A DNA stretch of 64,000 nucleotides. It comes from Corallochytrium limacisporum Hawaii (Eukaryota > Protista > Pluriformea). Within the stretch, counting starts at the first letter, position 1. Each line of letters opens with the position of its first letter. Made by a program: the position numbers and the translations under genes. Shown here piece by piece: positions 11,614 to 23,641 of this stretch. The notes beneath the pieces were generated by a model that made no database searches, had not been told where the DNA came from, and worked only from the letters and a program-made list of their open reading frames with translations. The stretch lies in the NCBI GenBank assembly GCA_002811645.1, contig PDIP01000108.1, positions 45,360-109,359 of the forward strand, written 5' to 3'.

Positions 11614-11730
11614 AACACACACACACACACACACACATGCCCCCAATCCCAACAAACCCCGTTGAAGATTTCTGGCGCGAACGGAGGGCAACATATCACC
11701 TCACTCACTCACTCTCTCTCTCTCTCTCTC
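11614..11730. repeat. (CA)n and (CT)n microsatellites
   Basis: CA run at about 11614-11637 and CT run at about 11712-11730. Confidence 0.9.
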
Positions 11731-14700
11731 GCTCTCTGACTTTCTCCCCCTCCCCCTTCTTCCCCCGGGAGAGTTTGGTTCTGCGCAAGGGGGCCCCACC
11801 ACCGGCAAGGATGGAGTAACACTCAAATGAAATCAATGAAAAGGGGCCCGGCACGATAAACAAAACTTGCAAAAAAAAACAAAAAAAAAAGAGAAGAAAA
11901 CCAAAACAAAAAAATAAATAACAAAAACCGGACACAAGTGGATAAAAAGGTTGGTTATGAGAGTGGTGAGGAGGCGCGGTGCCCACCACCACCACCCCCC
12001 CTCCCCCTTCCTCCTCCCCAAAGTCATCGTTGTTTCCCCTACCTTTACTTGCACTCGATCTCCTCCTCCAAGCTTGTCACCACAGAGACGAAGGGGTAAG
12101 CATACCAGAGAGAGCCCGCGGTCGGAAGGGGGAATCTGGAAAACCCCGTGGGTGTGTGGTTGCACGCATTCTCGTGTTACAATCGTGTCATATCTACCAC
12201 GTTCTGACGGTAAGATTTTTTCATAGGTAATATACTCAGTTTCTCTCTCAGGGACTGGTACACCTGGACAGTTCCGTGCAGCCCCGTTGTCTTGTTTACG
12301 CGCAAGCCCGTTTTCGTTTGCTCTCTCCACCTCCCACTTTTGCCGGAAGTGTCCGATGATCGGCCAGATTTTTTTCTAGAGAAACATACCCAAGAAAATG
12401 CAAAGGATTTGGGAGATTACATCCGTTTTGGGGGACTACCCCAGAACGAACCCCAGCATGGCGAGCAAGGGTGCTACCGATAGACTAGGGAAGTGGGAGA
12501 CGGGAGCCAATGGCCCCTGGAGGAAGGGGACGGGGGGACACCATCCTTGAACTACAACAGTATCTCGTGGTAAACCGCCGGCTTCCCCCGGTAGCAAAAT
12601 GCGTGGTCAGGTTTAACAGAGGGGAGGAGGTGGGGGGGGGAGGCCCCGCGTTTAAATTACTATGACCTCTCCAAATACTCAAACATTCTGAGCCAAGACA
12701 ACAAAAGCAAGGAAAAAAAAAAAAGGAAAAAAGAAACAACGAAAGGAGAGAATGTCGGGTTATTCGCCAGAGAGTGCCTCTTGGGGGTTAACACCCTGCG
12801 TGATCGTTCAACACATACTCAGAAGACCCAAAAACAGGCTGAACACAGTGTGCCAGTGCACAATGTATGACGAGCACGTCATTGTATCGTAACGAACAGT
12901 GAACCGCACAAGTGTTGCATACAATCCTTTCAACGGTATTTCTTCAAGAAAGAACAGAGGAATCCGGAAGTTCAAAGTATTGCCAACGTACAGGTATTGG
13001 CCGCAAGGGGGTTTACACTGCCATATCTTCAACTGTATTCTCATCAGAATTTCGTAGCGGGAGCAAGAATAGAAGGCACAAAGGAACTGAGCGATCGGAA
13101 TGACTGACTAATTTGGGGGGTACAAGCAAATGATCAAACGGAGCAGACTGTTCGTCAGTCTCCATCACGTAGAAACCAAATGGGCGCAATTTCGCTACTA
13201 CCGGGGCAGCGAGCTGACCCCTGGCCCCTGCGTGTATACATGCGCACAGTTTACAAACTGGGAGACGAAAAAAAGAGGAGGAGGAGGAGGAGGGCAATGA
13301 ACAACATACGAAACTGAAAGCCATTGAAAGAATAATCAAACCATATTATGAAAACAATGTCGATCTCTCTCAGGCGAGAGTATCTGGATGACCTTGTTGT
13401 TGCGTGCCAACTGGAAATGAGCAGCGGAAACAAAAGCATAGGGGGGACATCGCTTTGCTTGTTGCCATTCGCTCGTGCCCGGTAGCCGGGCCAATGTTTT
13501 CCTTCATACGCTTATGGTGTACCGATGACCAAGGCTTCCACGATGTTCCGTTGTTCGCTGATGACAATCCATGGAAGGTCTATACTGAATGTACGTGTTA
13601 CCCGTAAAGGTGACAGCTACACGGCTCGCTTCACAAAGACAGTACCACGCTTGCGGCCTGGCCGGGATAGAAACCCCCTGGAGCTTTCCTTGTAACACAC
13701 TTGGCGATTTGCGCAAGCCAAAATGTATCCAAACCAAGGAAACGGATCCTGCCGTGGTCTGTGTTCCCTGCCTTCAGAACCGTATCACACGGTTACCGTT
13801 AGACACAATTTCTCTACCACTTGCACCCGATCGCGAGAACGGGCAGTGGAGCCAAATCGGGACAGGTTTGCTCCCCTCTTTCGAATTGTTTTGCCTTCCC
13901 GTCATTGCGAACTTTCTTTTCATTTGGCTCGGCCCGCGGGTAAGGCCTGATCGTAGTGTTTTCCAATTTTTTTCTTTATGGCAAGATACTTTTTTTTCGC
14001 TTGCTCCATCGCCTTTATATAAACACATGTCCCGAGGACACACACACTAGCACACGACCCCCATCACCGCGCTTGTCGAGCACGGTTGATTCGGCATTGA
14101 ACCGTTCGTTTGTGTGTGGGCTGCTGTAAGTCCAGTGTGCGTGTGTGTGTTTCTAATTTTTTCTCTCGCTTTGGCCCGGTTTGGCCTTTAAAGTGATGAA
14201 TTTGGCCTACGCAGCTGAAAATTTGTGCCTGGGAAGTCACGGTCCGCACCTCATACTAATTGAATAGGGGGCCGGCTTCTTCCTTTATGATACAAGCGCG
14301 AGGTCGTCTGTTTTTGTGCACGTTCAATTGCTTTTTTTTTGGTGCTTGTTGGTCGATGGAACTTGTCCAACCCCCCCCCCCCGGGGGAATGGTGGCGAAT
14401 AGCCTGCTCTTCTGGTGCATTTGAAAGGCGACCACATGGGTTGAGATAGGGGGAGGGGGGCGATGCGTGATGTCAGCCCAGCTATACTTGTCCGATTTTT
14501 CTGTTGAATTTTCGTTTTCTGTCCACAAGGAAAAAAGAACTGGCAGATTGAACAATAGAAAGAGTATATACCGTCCCTACAGTAAAACAACTTGGCCGCA
14601 GGAACCGAGGAGAGCCGCGAGTGGAAAGAGATGGCGACAGATGATGGCATCGCTGAACCGTGCCAACTGCACTTTCATAGTTTGGTTTTGTTTATATCGA

Positions 14701-16831
14701 CCGGTGTGATCGTTCTGACTCGTTTCGCTCCCGTACCATCACCATCAGCGACCGGTCTCTATGACCAATTTGGCCACGGTGGAAGCACCCGACCAGCACG
14801 CCAACGCGAGGAAATCACCAATGGCTTGATGTACTGCATCATCCATTCTCCAGCTCCAACTCTTCAGTACGTTATATATGCACGGCCCGGTGAGCAAAAC
14901 ACCACCGAAGACGAGGGACCGCCAAGCAATAACAATGGGTCGGAGAGAGAAGCACCTATATCACAACTTGTCTGAAAAACCGATTAGTCGCCTCGTTCTT
15001 TTGTTTTGGTCCACGCGACCGGGTTCATACAGGACACCCCCCCCCCGGTGCAAGGTGTTAATGGGGAGAAAACTTCATACTTTCACTATCTAATACGGTC
15101 ACGGGACAGACGGGGACCTGGGCTGATCGGCAAATGGCAACAACGCTTCCGAGCGAGAGAAGAGCACCCGAGACCATAAATGGCGCACACTGAAGGCAAG
15201 GAGAAAAAGAAAAGAAAAAGCAAAAGAAAGGTTGAAAAATACAGGAATCGCGGCATGGAAGGGGGAAGCGAAGGGAAGCCATGGGGGATCGCTCGAATCG
15301 CGGTCGCGGCCCTGGGCTCCCCGGGCCACCGCGAGACGGAGGCAGCCAACCAGCGAAAGCACAAAGTCGCGAACACACTTTCGCGCGGCCGGTGTCACGA
15401 CTAAGCAGGGTGGCAATATTTCACCCATCGTCACCTTTTCAGGGTATAATGTACGATCAAAAAAATAGTAGGAACGCACTTTGGCAGGCTTCTCAGATCT
15501 CTTGCGCATCAAAGACATAAAAAGCGGTCTGGAGACTAACGGTCGCGCCAGAAAGGCCGACGAAGTGCGCTGCGGAAGCGATGAGAAAAAAAAGGAAAAG
15601 AGCGAGCGAGAGAGGCAGCGAGAGAGCGAGAGAACGAGAAGTTTGCCGGCCACAAATTAACAAAGAAAACAATACAAAACGGCCCCCTTTTACCCACACC
15701 ACAGAGACGAGACGAGGAGGGAGGGTGGGCTAATGAATGAGAGGACGGAGAGAAAGGGGACAGAGAGAGAGGGCGGCGGGCCCGGTTCTGTTCTCCTGAA
15801 AAGAAAAAGAGAAAAATTTATTCATTCATTTCGAAAATTGCGCTCATGACTTCCGACAACGAAGGTAAGAATGCACAGAATGTTAATTCTTTGCCGCCAA
15901 TTCTCGGTACATTATCCATCAATATCTGCCCTTAGGAGTCACCCCCCCCCCTCACTCCCTAGGTGAAAACCCGGGAGGCAAATGGTGTTTGGTGCAGGGA
16001 TTATAAGAAAGAAGAAGAAGAAGAAAATTACGGAAAACAGGAGTTCGCGTGACCGTAAAAGAATTGATAAACAATAGGCTGCGGAGACTTCTTCTCTTCT
16101 TCCCCCCCCCCCCCTCTCTCTCTTCGGTTTCTTCTTCTGTTTCTTTCTCACTCTCTCGTTCTCTCTTTGTCTGTTTTTAGTCAGTTCCTTCTGAATTTCA
16201 TTTTTTGTGGGATACGCACTCCTGCGGGGGTGGGCCGAGCGGAGTGGAAAAGGACCACTTCAGTACTGAATGACCGGTGCGAGAAACCAGCGGAGGTACA
16301 AATGCTCGCCCCCGTGTTCGTAACGGAGCCCCGAAAGGCAAGGGGAATGGAAGGAGAGAAGAGGAAAGAAAAGGGGGAGGAGGAGGGGGAAAGGTGGTGG
16401 GTTCTTCCCCCCTCCCCCTTCTCCCCGGCCCTTGGTGGGTGGCTTCCGTGCTCGGAAAGTAATCGTTTGCACACGTACAGATCAGTGGGTAGGCTGATGA
16501 TGATGAGAGTTTCGGACCGTTTTACGGGTGCTTCGTTACTGGCAGACGAATAGAGTCTGCGTTCTGTGGGAATTCGTACTCCGCGCAGCAATGGATCCAC
16601 CTGTACGAAACAGGTATTGGTATTTATTTGCTGCAGCTAGAGTGCAAGTGTGAGTTGGTCATTATCGATCATTATTGTTCACTTTACGCGAGAACTATTC
16701 CGCGAACACAGATACTCCCCGCAGTTCCTGCTCTACAAGGGGAAATAGCTCAACTTAGCACGGTACTTAAGGCGACCGCATAACACAATATCAAAACTTA
16801 ACACATACTCACAGAAAAGTTGCGGGTCAAC

Positions 16832-17122
16832 ATGAACTGTGAAAGTAATAGCGAAGGAAGCTCCGGCCCTATTCGTCGGGTCTCCATTCAGAGTGAGACT
16901 CAGGTCTGCGACACATTCTCTTCTGACGAGTACGACCGCACAGCTCTGGTCAAGCGGTATCGCATGCTTGACCTCATGCATATTGCGGACGAGCTTAAAC
17001 AGTACAAGTCAGACGAGATGGAAGTCCATCCCGATTCTGCCTGCCACACTCACCACATTGACGTAAAGAAACAAATCCAGAAGATTATGGGATCATCCGT
17101 ACGGAGTACACAAGCCTTTTAA
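16832..17122 (+). CDS. 96-aa Phactr/Bni4/neurabin-type PP1-binding microprotein
   Basis: RRVSI-x4-QV-x2-TFSSDEYDR...ELKQYKSDEMEVHPDSACHTHH follows the order of the Phactr C-terminal PP1-binding domain (RVxF, PhiPhi, DYDR, ELNEFKxxEMEVH). AATAAA lies downstream at about 17234. Confidence 0.8.
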   Translation: MNCESNSEGSSGPIRRVSIQSETQVCDTFSSDEYDRTALVKRYRMLDLMHIADELKQYKSDEMEVHPDSACHTHHIDVKKQIQKIMGSSVRSTQAF

Positions 17123-17417
17123 TGGCGTGCATACACACATCAAGCACTATTCCAAACTTTCTGCACACAACCACACGGGAAAAGAAAGGACATGAAACTT
17201 GTCCAAGACACATATCATCCATAGAGTACAATAATAAAACCTTGTACATAATGAAACAGCCGTTTGGGTCACCAACATGACCCTCACCGGCACATATTGA
17301 AAGCACAGCAGAACTTTTTTTTTTTAAGTCAATTTTTTTCATCTACCTATAGTAGTGGGCACATGACACATGCAGAAGTCTCGGCTTAAACCTCAGTCGG
17401 ACCCAGAGCGAACAAGC

Positions 17418-18827
17418 TCATGCATCAGGATACCTCAAAGCGTCCAGATCCTCTTGTAAAGCGTCTGGAGCGAGCAGGAGCTCCATGAGCTGCGGAGGCA
17501 GGCTAGTGATGCCCAAGGCCGGCAGTAGGGCACGTAGCTTGAACTCTTCCTTATCAAATATTCCCAGATGGCTCGCGTCGTCGACATTGATCAGCTCGAA
17601 GCTGGCAAGATGGCCATAGATCTGCTCGCAGGCACCGGTACTACCATCCGTCAGCGTTCCATCACCGTCGGTATACAGGTGTTTCGTGACCGTCGTGCTG
17701 TTAGAACTCAAATCGGTGGAATTATAGACGCTGCCATAAACAGTTTTGATGCCGCCACCGGTCACACAGCGCACAGGGATGGAAACATTGGTATGGTCGG
17801 TCTGGAGGGCGGAGCTGTCCTTCCTGATTCGGTCGAAGGCCTTGAGGTACTCCGAAGCGCCAGACAGCTTAATCAGTTCCCGGATGTCGTCGTCACTGGC
17901 AGTGAAATTGCGGTCTGGTGTCTGCACAATCGGTGTGTCACCGTAGCCGAGAGTTGACGGCAGCATAAACAAGTTCGCCTCGAAGCTGCGCTGGAGGTTT
18001 CGAATTGATCCCTTCGGTGCCCACGGGAGGTCCCATCCGATGCCGGACAAGAACAGGGTCTCTTCGACACCTGTACCAGCAAATGGTCCTGCCACAGGCA
18101 TCCAGACTTTGATGTACTTTTTCTGCCACTCAGGTTCCATGGCCTCCAGGAAGGCGGCAGTGTACAAACAGCCGTACGAGTGGCTAATTAGCACAACCGG
18201 GGCGCCCTGGTCCTCGACCACGTCTTCAATCAGTACCTGGGTGTCACGGAAGAAGCGATCGTGCGGTGCCCTACGGAAGTCGAAAGTGGCAGCCTTGATG
18301 GTGACGTCCCATTCGTATCCGAGTTTGCTCAAGGCATTTAGGATCGTCTTGTATGCATTGGTCTGCCTGGGCAACCATTTGATTATACTCACAATGGATG
18401 ATGTGTAGCCAAAGTCAGGCACACGGATTGCAACGCCCTCCGCGTTTTCGAACTCACCAGTGGTGGGTTCGTAGACCATTTCCATGTAGCTGAACAGACA
18501 GTCAATCTTCTTGGGAAGAAGCTGTAAGGGGTCAACCCAGATGTCGAACCAGTCAGAGTCAGTCTTGCACTTGTCGTTTGGAACTTTGTTGTGACCATTG
18601 AGCTTGGCCTGCAACCGGCTCCCCATAAACCCTGGCACGAGGACCACAGGGTTCAACGTGCGACCTGCATCGAAATGAATGCCCTCAGTCGATTGCTGAC
18701 CGTGGTTGACCACATCCGGTCGGTCGACTACGGCACCATAGCTCTGGTGCAGCTCAACTTTACCATGTACGGATCCTGCTACTCCAATCCACAGCACCAA
18801 TGCCGACAACACACTTGGTGCCACCAT
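17418..18827 (-). CDS. LCAT / lysosomal phospholipase A2 (PLA2G15-like), secretory pathway
   Basis: Signal peptide, PVVLVPGFMGSRL, lid Cys pair, FDFRRAP, nucleophile SHSYG, DGDGT and ASHLGI. Confidence 0.92.
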   Translation of the reverse strand: MVAPSVLSALVLWIGVAGSVHGKVELHQSYGAVVDRPDVVNHGQQSTEGIHFDAGRTLNPVVLVPGFMGSRLQAKLNGHNKVPNDKCKTDSDWFDIWVDPLQLLPKKIDCLFSYMEMVYEPTTGEFENAEGVAIRVPDFGYTSSIVSIIKWLPRQTNAYKTILNALSKLGYEWDVTIKAATFDFRRAPHDRFFRDTQVLIEDVVEDQGAPVVLISHSYGCLYTAAFLEAMEPEWQKKYIKVWMPVAGPFAGTGVEETLFLSGIGWDLPWAPKGSIRNLQRSFEANLFMLPSTLGYGDTPIVQTPDRNFTASDDDIRELIKLSGASEYLKAFDRIRKDSSALQTDHTNVSIPVRCVTGGGIKTVYGSVYNSTDLSSNSTTVTKHLYTDGDGTLTDGSTGACEQIYGHLASFELINVDDASHLGIFDKEEFKLRALLPALGITSLPPQLMELLLAPDALQEDLDALRYPDA

Positions 18828-19263
18828 TATATATATCCTGTGTCTGATTCGATCCCGCTGGCTGGTGATGCTACCGTGTAGGCATAGTATGTTGCAACAA
18901 TCCCTTCGAGATGACGTGTAGGTCCCATTCGATGCGGTGCCTTTAGTACGTCTAAAATCACCCTTAGCATTCTTCCCCTATCACCACAAACCAATACAAT
19001 ACATCTATGTCATTTTCGATGCGGAACAAGAGACAGGTATGCGATAAGGCCAGAGCTCACTGAGAGTACAAAATCCCCGGAACCCCATTACCCACAGCAC
19101 AGCGCATTAGCGCATCCCACCGCTTCCCCTTGGATCCCCTGCCCCAAGAATGGGAAAACCCCCCCCCTGCGAAAAAAACTCTTAACCTACCAAATCCAGA
19201 CGAGAACGGGTGGGTCGCGCGCAGTTGGGAACCAGCGGGGCCAAAAGGACGAGAGGGGTAGGG

Positions 19264-19281
19264 GTGCGTGCGTGTGTGTGC

Positions 19282-19312
<31 letters not shown>
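19264..19312. repeat. (GT)n/(GTGC)n microsatellite
   Basis: Read directly from the sequence. Confidence 0.9.
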
Positions 19313-21195
19313 AAAAGGGGAAGTATGAAAATAAGGACCAGGAGGGGCAGCTGAAAAAGGGGTAGGAGTGTGAGGCGGGGGGAAGAGGAGGCGGGGAGGT
19401 TGGAGAACCCCGGCTCGTCCTGCATGAGCGGTCGGAAGGGGTCCCTGAAGACATCGGTCAGGTTATGTACACATCTGTCCTCGCACCCCTCGTTCTTGGC
19501 ATTCGTGTGTGGGTAAAGCTTTTAACAAATGTACTACTGGCTGGCAGTGTTTGTGTTTTTGATTGTTTTTCTGGCCTTTAAAGTTTCTTTTACCTTTGGC
19601 GTGAGGAGATGGTGCCTGATGGGTACCCGTGCTCTTGTCGAACATGATGAACTTACGCACAGTACGCCTTTATCCTCCTCTCTGTGGAGTACATTGGCAC
19701 TCTGGCACTGGGCCTGTGACAGGGGAGGGGGGAAGTAAGGGGGAGGCCAGACCAGGCTGGCGGGAGGCTACGCGGGAAGAGTGCCGAGCGAGCGCACAAA
19801 AGATAGAGAACGTGTCATTTTCTTTTTTGGAGGTCGACACGTATCCCCCGTTATCAATCGTGTGCACTGGCTTGGTGGTGGTTAACATGGGTTGAAAATA
19901 AGTATCGGAGAACAGAGATGGCAATAGTGTACGAATGAGGAGATGTGGTACCAGGAAGGGACCCACAGGGTTCTCACTTTGCGATCCCCAGTCCCTCGGC
20001 GGACAGGCAGCGTCCGCCCCCAAGCAGAGCAGCGGCGGCTCCCAAGGCAAGGAAAGAAAAAATTCCTTCTGCCTCGTAGGCCTCGTCCTTCATTATGAAA
20101 TCCTCCATATTCTTACTATCTAAATCGCGGACAGTTTGCAATGTGAACGCACGCCCCCCCCCCTACTTAGTCCCTCCTTCTTCGTTCCTGCCGCCCTTTG
20201 TTCCGTAGAAAACGGGTGCCCGGTGAAGAGGACACGGGCCCGAGCCAAGGCAGTTGGACGCAAGGTCCGAAGCCCGTGAACGCCTTCCCTGAGATCCTGT
20301 AGTTTGTTCGGGTGTACGGTGTCGAGTGCGGCACAAAATGTCCACCAAGGCTTCGTCACAGGGCGCTTGAACGACTTCATGTCCATGCGCGGGTTTTGGG
20401 TCTGGTTCGTCTTTCACTGGAGATCTTCGTCTGGATTGTCCCGTGCCGCGTTCGTCTGATCGTGCTCCGTTCTGGTTGGTGCCTTGCATGTCCAAGAAGC
20501 GTGCCAAACTCCAAGGCATGGCATAGTCGCGCTCCTCCTACTCAATCGTTGCAGGCTGGGTCGTTCCCTAAGTGCGTAATTTGCAAGGGAGTGGCAATTC
20601 AGGAGCCACAGAAACGCGGACGATCTGCGGCCGCGGCTGCGCTGTTCAAAAGAGCATGTATCCACTGGTGTCCAATTGGAGGTGATTCTCCCCTTCTGCA
20701 TGATTTCTTCCAAAGGTTGAGGCCACTGACGTGGCGGGGCAACCCCGGACACCAATACCGCTCTCGGTTCCCATATGTAATCCGTTGTCACGTTGGGACG
20801 GATGCGCTCGTCGACTGCAAGCACTTCGAGTCATCGTCCCATTTTCGCATCACTGTGATGGAAATGTTGATGATGGTGGATGGCCACTGGTATCCGCAGT
20901 AGGATGCTTCCTGGGTGCATACCTGTGATTGAATCGTGGACAACGATGACCACGTAATCCAAAGAAACTGCCTTAGGTTAGGTGTCTCAGTTAGTCCGAG
21001 CGGGGTCACCGGACCGTCAGCGGCTCAGTTCCGCTCAATGGCTTAGCGTGTCCCCGCTGGCCAGTGTTTGGGAAACTCCAGTGGGGTAGGGATGGGTCTG
21101 GCCAGGCGAGGAGGGGGGAGGGTGGTGAGTTAGGGGGGGTGGTTGGGCTGCACGCTGGGCAAGGAAGGGAATCGAGGGCACCGCCAGCAAGCTGG

Positions 21196-21263
21196 GTAAT
21201 TTATCTTGAATTGGTATTTCGATGTAGTGATTACTGAAAATTTTCTTGAACCTGACGTCGCAG
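21196..21263 (+). other. Putative 5'UTR intron upstream of LTO1
   Basis: GG|GTAATT ... CCTGAC-GTCGCAG|, 68 nt, AT-rich. Confidence 0.4.
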
Positions 21264-21385
21264 GTTTTCGAATTCGTTCTGAGAACAATGGGCACACCAT
21301 AGTTGACCTGACACAGCCATGCCTTGCTGGAAATGAAAACAGAACGGAGACGGTAGCTTGTCACAGGGAGCGCATATTCACTGAG

Positions 21386-21964
21386 ATGTCAGATCATAGC
21401 ACAAGCACGTCGCAGCCGCACTCTGGTACGGAATTGACAACGCTAGCCACCACTGCTGCGGACATTGTAAGCAGGGATTCTTCGTCGGGACGACCAAAGA
21501 AGGTTCCAGCAAGTACTGACGAATTCGACAATGTCCTCTTCATTGACTCGACGATCCATGCCAAAAGTCAGAAGGAAGGCATTGAACACGGGCGCGAGGA
21601 AGGCATGAAGGAAGGTTACAGTAAAGGATTGGAAAGTGGTAGAAACGTGGGCTTTGAGGTTGGACTCTACGCAGGCTGCGCAGAGATGGCGCTGCGCAAA
21701 CTCGAAGCCAACGGTGGCGTGAGCACCAGCAGAGAGGCCCGTAAGAAGGCGGCACTTATGCGCCTGCGGGATCTGGCCCACAGCGTGCAACAGCGTACTG
21801 GTGACGACCCGAACCTGACGACCGATCTTGAGCACTGTCGGAGCAAGTACCGTCAAGTTAGTTCGATGATGGGCTGGAAGCCCATCATCGAACACGTGGG
21901 TCCGAGCAGCCCTGGCACGGCCGTGGCGACGGCCAGCGACGCAAACACCTCGCTGGATTTTTAG
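21386..21964 (+). CDS. LTO1: LTO1/ORAOV1 (Yae1-Lto1 CIA adaptor for ABCE1)
   Basis: Deca-GX3 motif EGIEHGREEGMKEGYSKGLESGRNVGFEVGLYAG, RSKYRQV, and C-terminal L-D-F. First ATG is at 21386. Confidence 0.85.
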   Translation: MSDHSTSTSQPHSGTELTTLATTAADIVSRDSSSGRPKKVPASTDEFDNVLFIDSTIHAKSQKEGIEHGREEGMKEGYSKGLESGRNVGFEVGLYAGCAEMALRKLEANGGVSTSREARKKAALMRLRDLAHSVQQRTGDDPNLTTDLEHCRSKYRQVSSMMGWKPIIEHVGPSSPGTAVATASDANTSLDF

Positions 21965-22198
21965 GTTTGGTTGAATTTTGTAGATTGCCGAAAATCCTTG
22001 TGGCATGGCTGTGATAACAAATTGTACACAAAGTGGAAACATTAAAGAACAACAAAAGTACCTTAAACTTGCCTTGTCACGGGTCATGAAATGGTATTGG
22101 CTAATGGTTTACGAGATCTCTTTCTAGTGTTGATGTTTGCACACTTTCTTGGTTCTTGATACGAGTGGCAGGTGTTAAACATGTGGACACAAAGCCAG

Positions 22199-23641
22199 TT
22201 AAGCATTGTAGGTTGAAGAGGAGACGTTGCCACCGGTGCCAGTCCAGTTGGTGTGCACCCACTCGCCGGGCTTCTCCAGCAATTCGTAGGTGTGGGCACC
22301 GAAGTAATCGCGCTGGGCCTGCAAGAGGTTCGCGGGCAGGCGCTCAAGGCGGTATCCGTCGTAGAAAGACAGGGCGGTGCTGAAACACGGTACGGGTACA
22401 CCAACCAGAGCGGCCTGGCTGACCACGGAGCGCCATCCGCTCATGGTCCGGTTGATTTCGCCCTTAAAGAAGTCGTCCAGCAGCAGGTTAAGCAGATTCG
22501 GGTTCTTGTCAAACGCCTGCTTGATGTTACCCAGGAAGCGGGAGCGGATGATGCAGCCGCCGCGCCACATCAGTGCAATGCTGCCATAGTTCAGGTTCCA
22601 GTCATTTTCTTTGCTGGCCTGCTTCATGAGCATGTAACCCTGGCTGTAGGAAATGATCTTCGAGGCATAGAGGGCATCGTGGATCTGCTTGATAAACTCA
22701 ATCTTCTCGACGGTAAGCTTCGTGTCAGGTCCACTCAGGTGTTTGCTGGCCTCAACACGCTCAGCCTTGATAGCGGACAGGGTGCGCGCAAAGACGGCCT
22801 CACCGATCAGGGTAACGGGCAGACCGTGCTCGAGGGCGTCGATGGCAGTCCACTTTCCGGTGCCTTTCTGACCCGCAGTATCCTTGATCTTCTCCACCAG
22901 CGGCTTTCCGTCCTTGTCCTTGTAGGCCATGATGTTGGCTGTGATTTCAATCAAGAAAGAGTCCAGCACACCCGTATTCCACTCCTTAAAGACGGCGGCG
23001 GTCTCGTCCGCGTCCATACCCAGACAGTCCTTCATCAGCTGGTATGCCTCGCAGATCAGCTGCATGTCACCGTATTCGATACCGTTGTGCACCATCTTGA
23101 CATAGTGTCCAGCACCACCGGCACCGACCCAGTCACAGCAAGGTTCACCATCGGCCTTGGCGCAGATGCTCTGGAAAATGTCCTTGACGTGGGGCCAAGC
23201 CTCGATGGCACCACCAGGCATCATAGAGGGTCCGTAGCGGGCACCTTCCTCACCGCCGGAAACGCCGCAGCCGACGAAGAGCAGACCCTTCTCCTTGAGG
23301 GCCTTGTACCGGCGCTCAGAGTCGGGGAAGTGGGAGTTACCACCGTCAATGATAATGTCGCCTGGTTCCAAGTGGGGCACGATCTGGTCAATGAACTTGT
23401 CAACAACGTCACCCGCCTTGACCATAAGCATGACCCGACGGGGCCTCTTCAGCTTGCTGACCATTTCCTCGACGGAGTGGGCACCGATGACGTTCGAATC
23501 CTTCGCCTGGTCGTTCAGGAAATCATCTACTTTTGAGGTAGTGCGGTTGTATGCGCACACAGTGAAACCGTGGTCGTTCATGTTCATGATCAGGTTCATG
23601 CCCATAACGGCAAGACCCACTACAGCGATGTCAGCACTCAT
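22199..23641 (-). CDS. PGD: 6-phosphogluconate dehydrogenase, decarboxylating
   Basis: GLAVMG, YNRT, IIDGGNS, GVSGGEEGA, KMVHNGIEYGDMQ and QAQRDYFGAH. ATG is at 23641. Confidence 0.99.
   Translation of the reverse strand: MSADIAVVGLAVMGMNLIMNMNDHGFTVCAYNRTTSKVDDFLNDQAKDSNVIGAHSVEEMVSKLKRPRRVMLMVKAGDVVDKFIDQIVPHLEPGDIIIDGGNSHFPDSERRYKALKEKGLLFVGCGVSGGEEGARYGPSMMPGGAIEAWPHVKDIFQSICAKADGEPCCDWVGAGGAGHYVKMVHNGIEYGDMQLICEAYQLMKDCLGMDADETAAVFKEWNTGVLDSFLIEITANIMAYKDKDGKPLVEKIKDTAGQKGTGKWTAIDALEHGLPVTLIGEAVFARTLSAIKAERVEASKHLSGPDTKLTVEKIEFIKQIHDALYASKIISYSQGYMLMKQASKENDWNLNYGSIALMWRGGCIIRSRFLGNIKQAFDKNPNLLNLLLDDFFKGEINRTMSGWRSVVSQAALVGVPVPCFSTALSFYDGYRLERLPANLLQAQRDYFGAHTYELLEKPGEWVHTNWTGTGGNVSSSTYNA

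Noticed and set aside
20312-20902. 196-codon ORF and three short ORFs starting ATGTCCA
   Set aside because: Non-ATG start, no motif and non-protein-like composition; a 7-mer recurrence is weak evidence.
22253-23536. 427-aa antisense ORF over 6PGD (similar ones over RIO1, RPL23A and MED15)
   Set aside because: Expected shadow of strong codon bias on the opposite strand; no recognisable domain.
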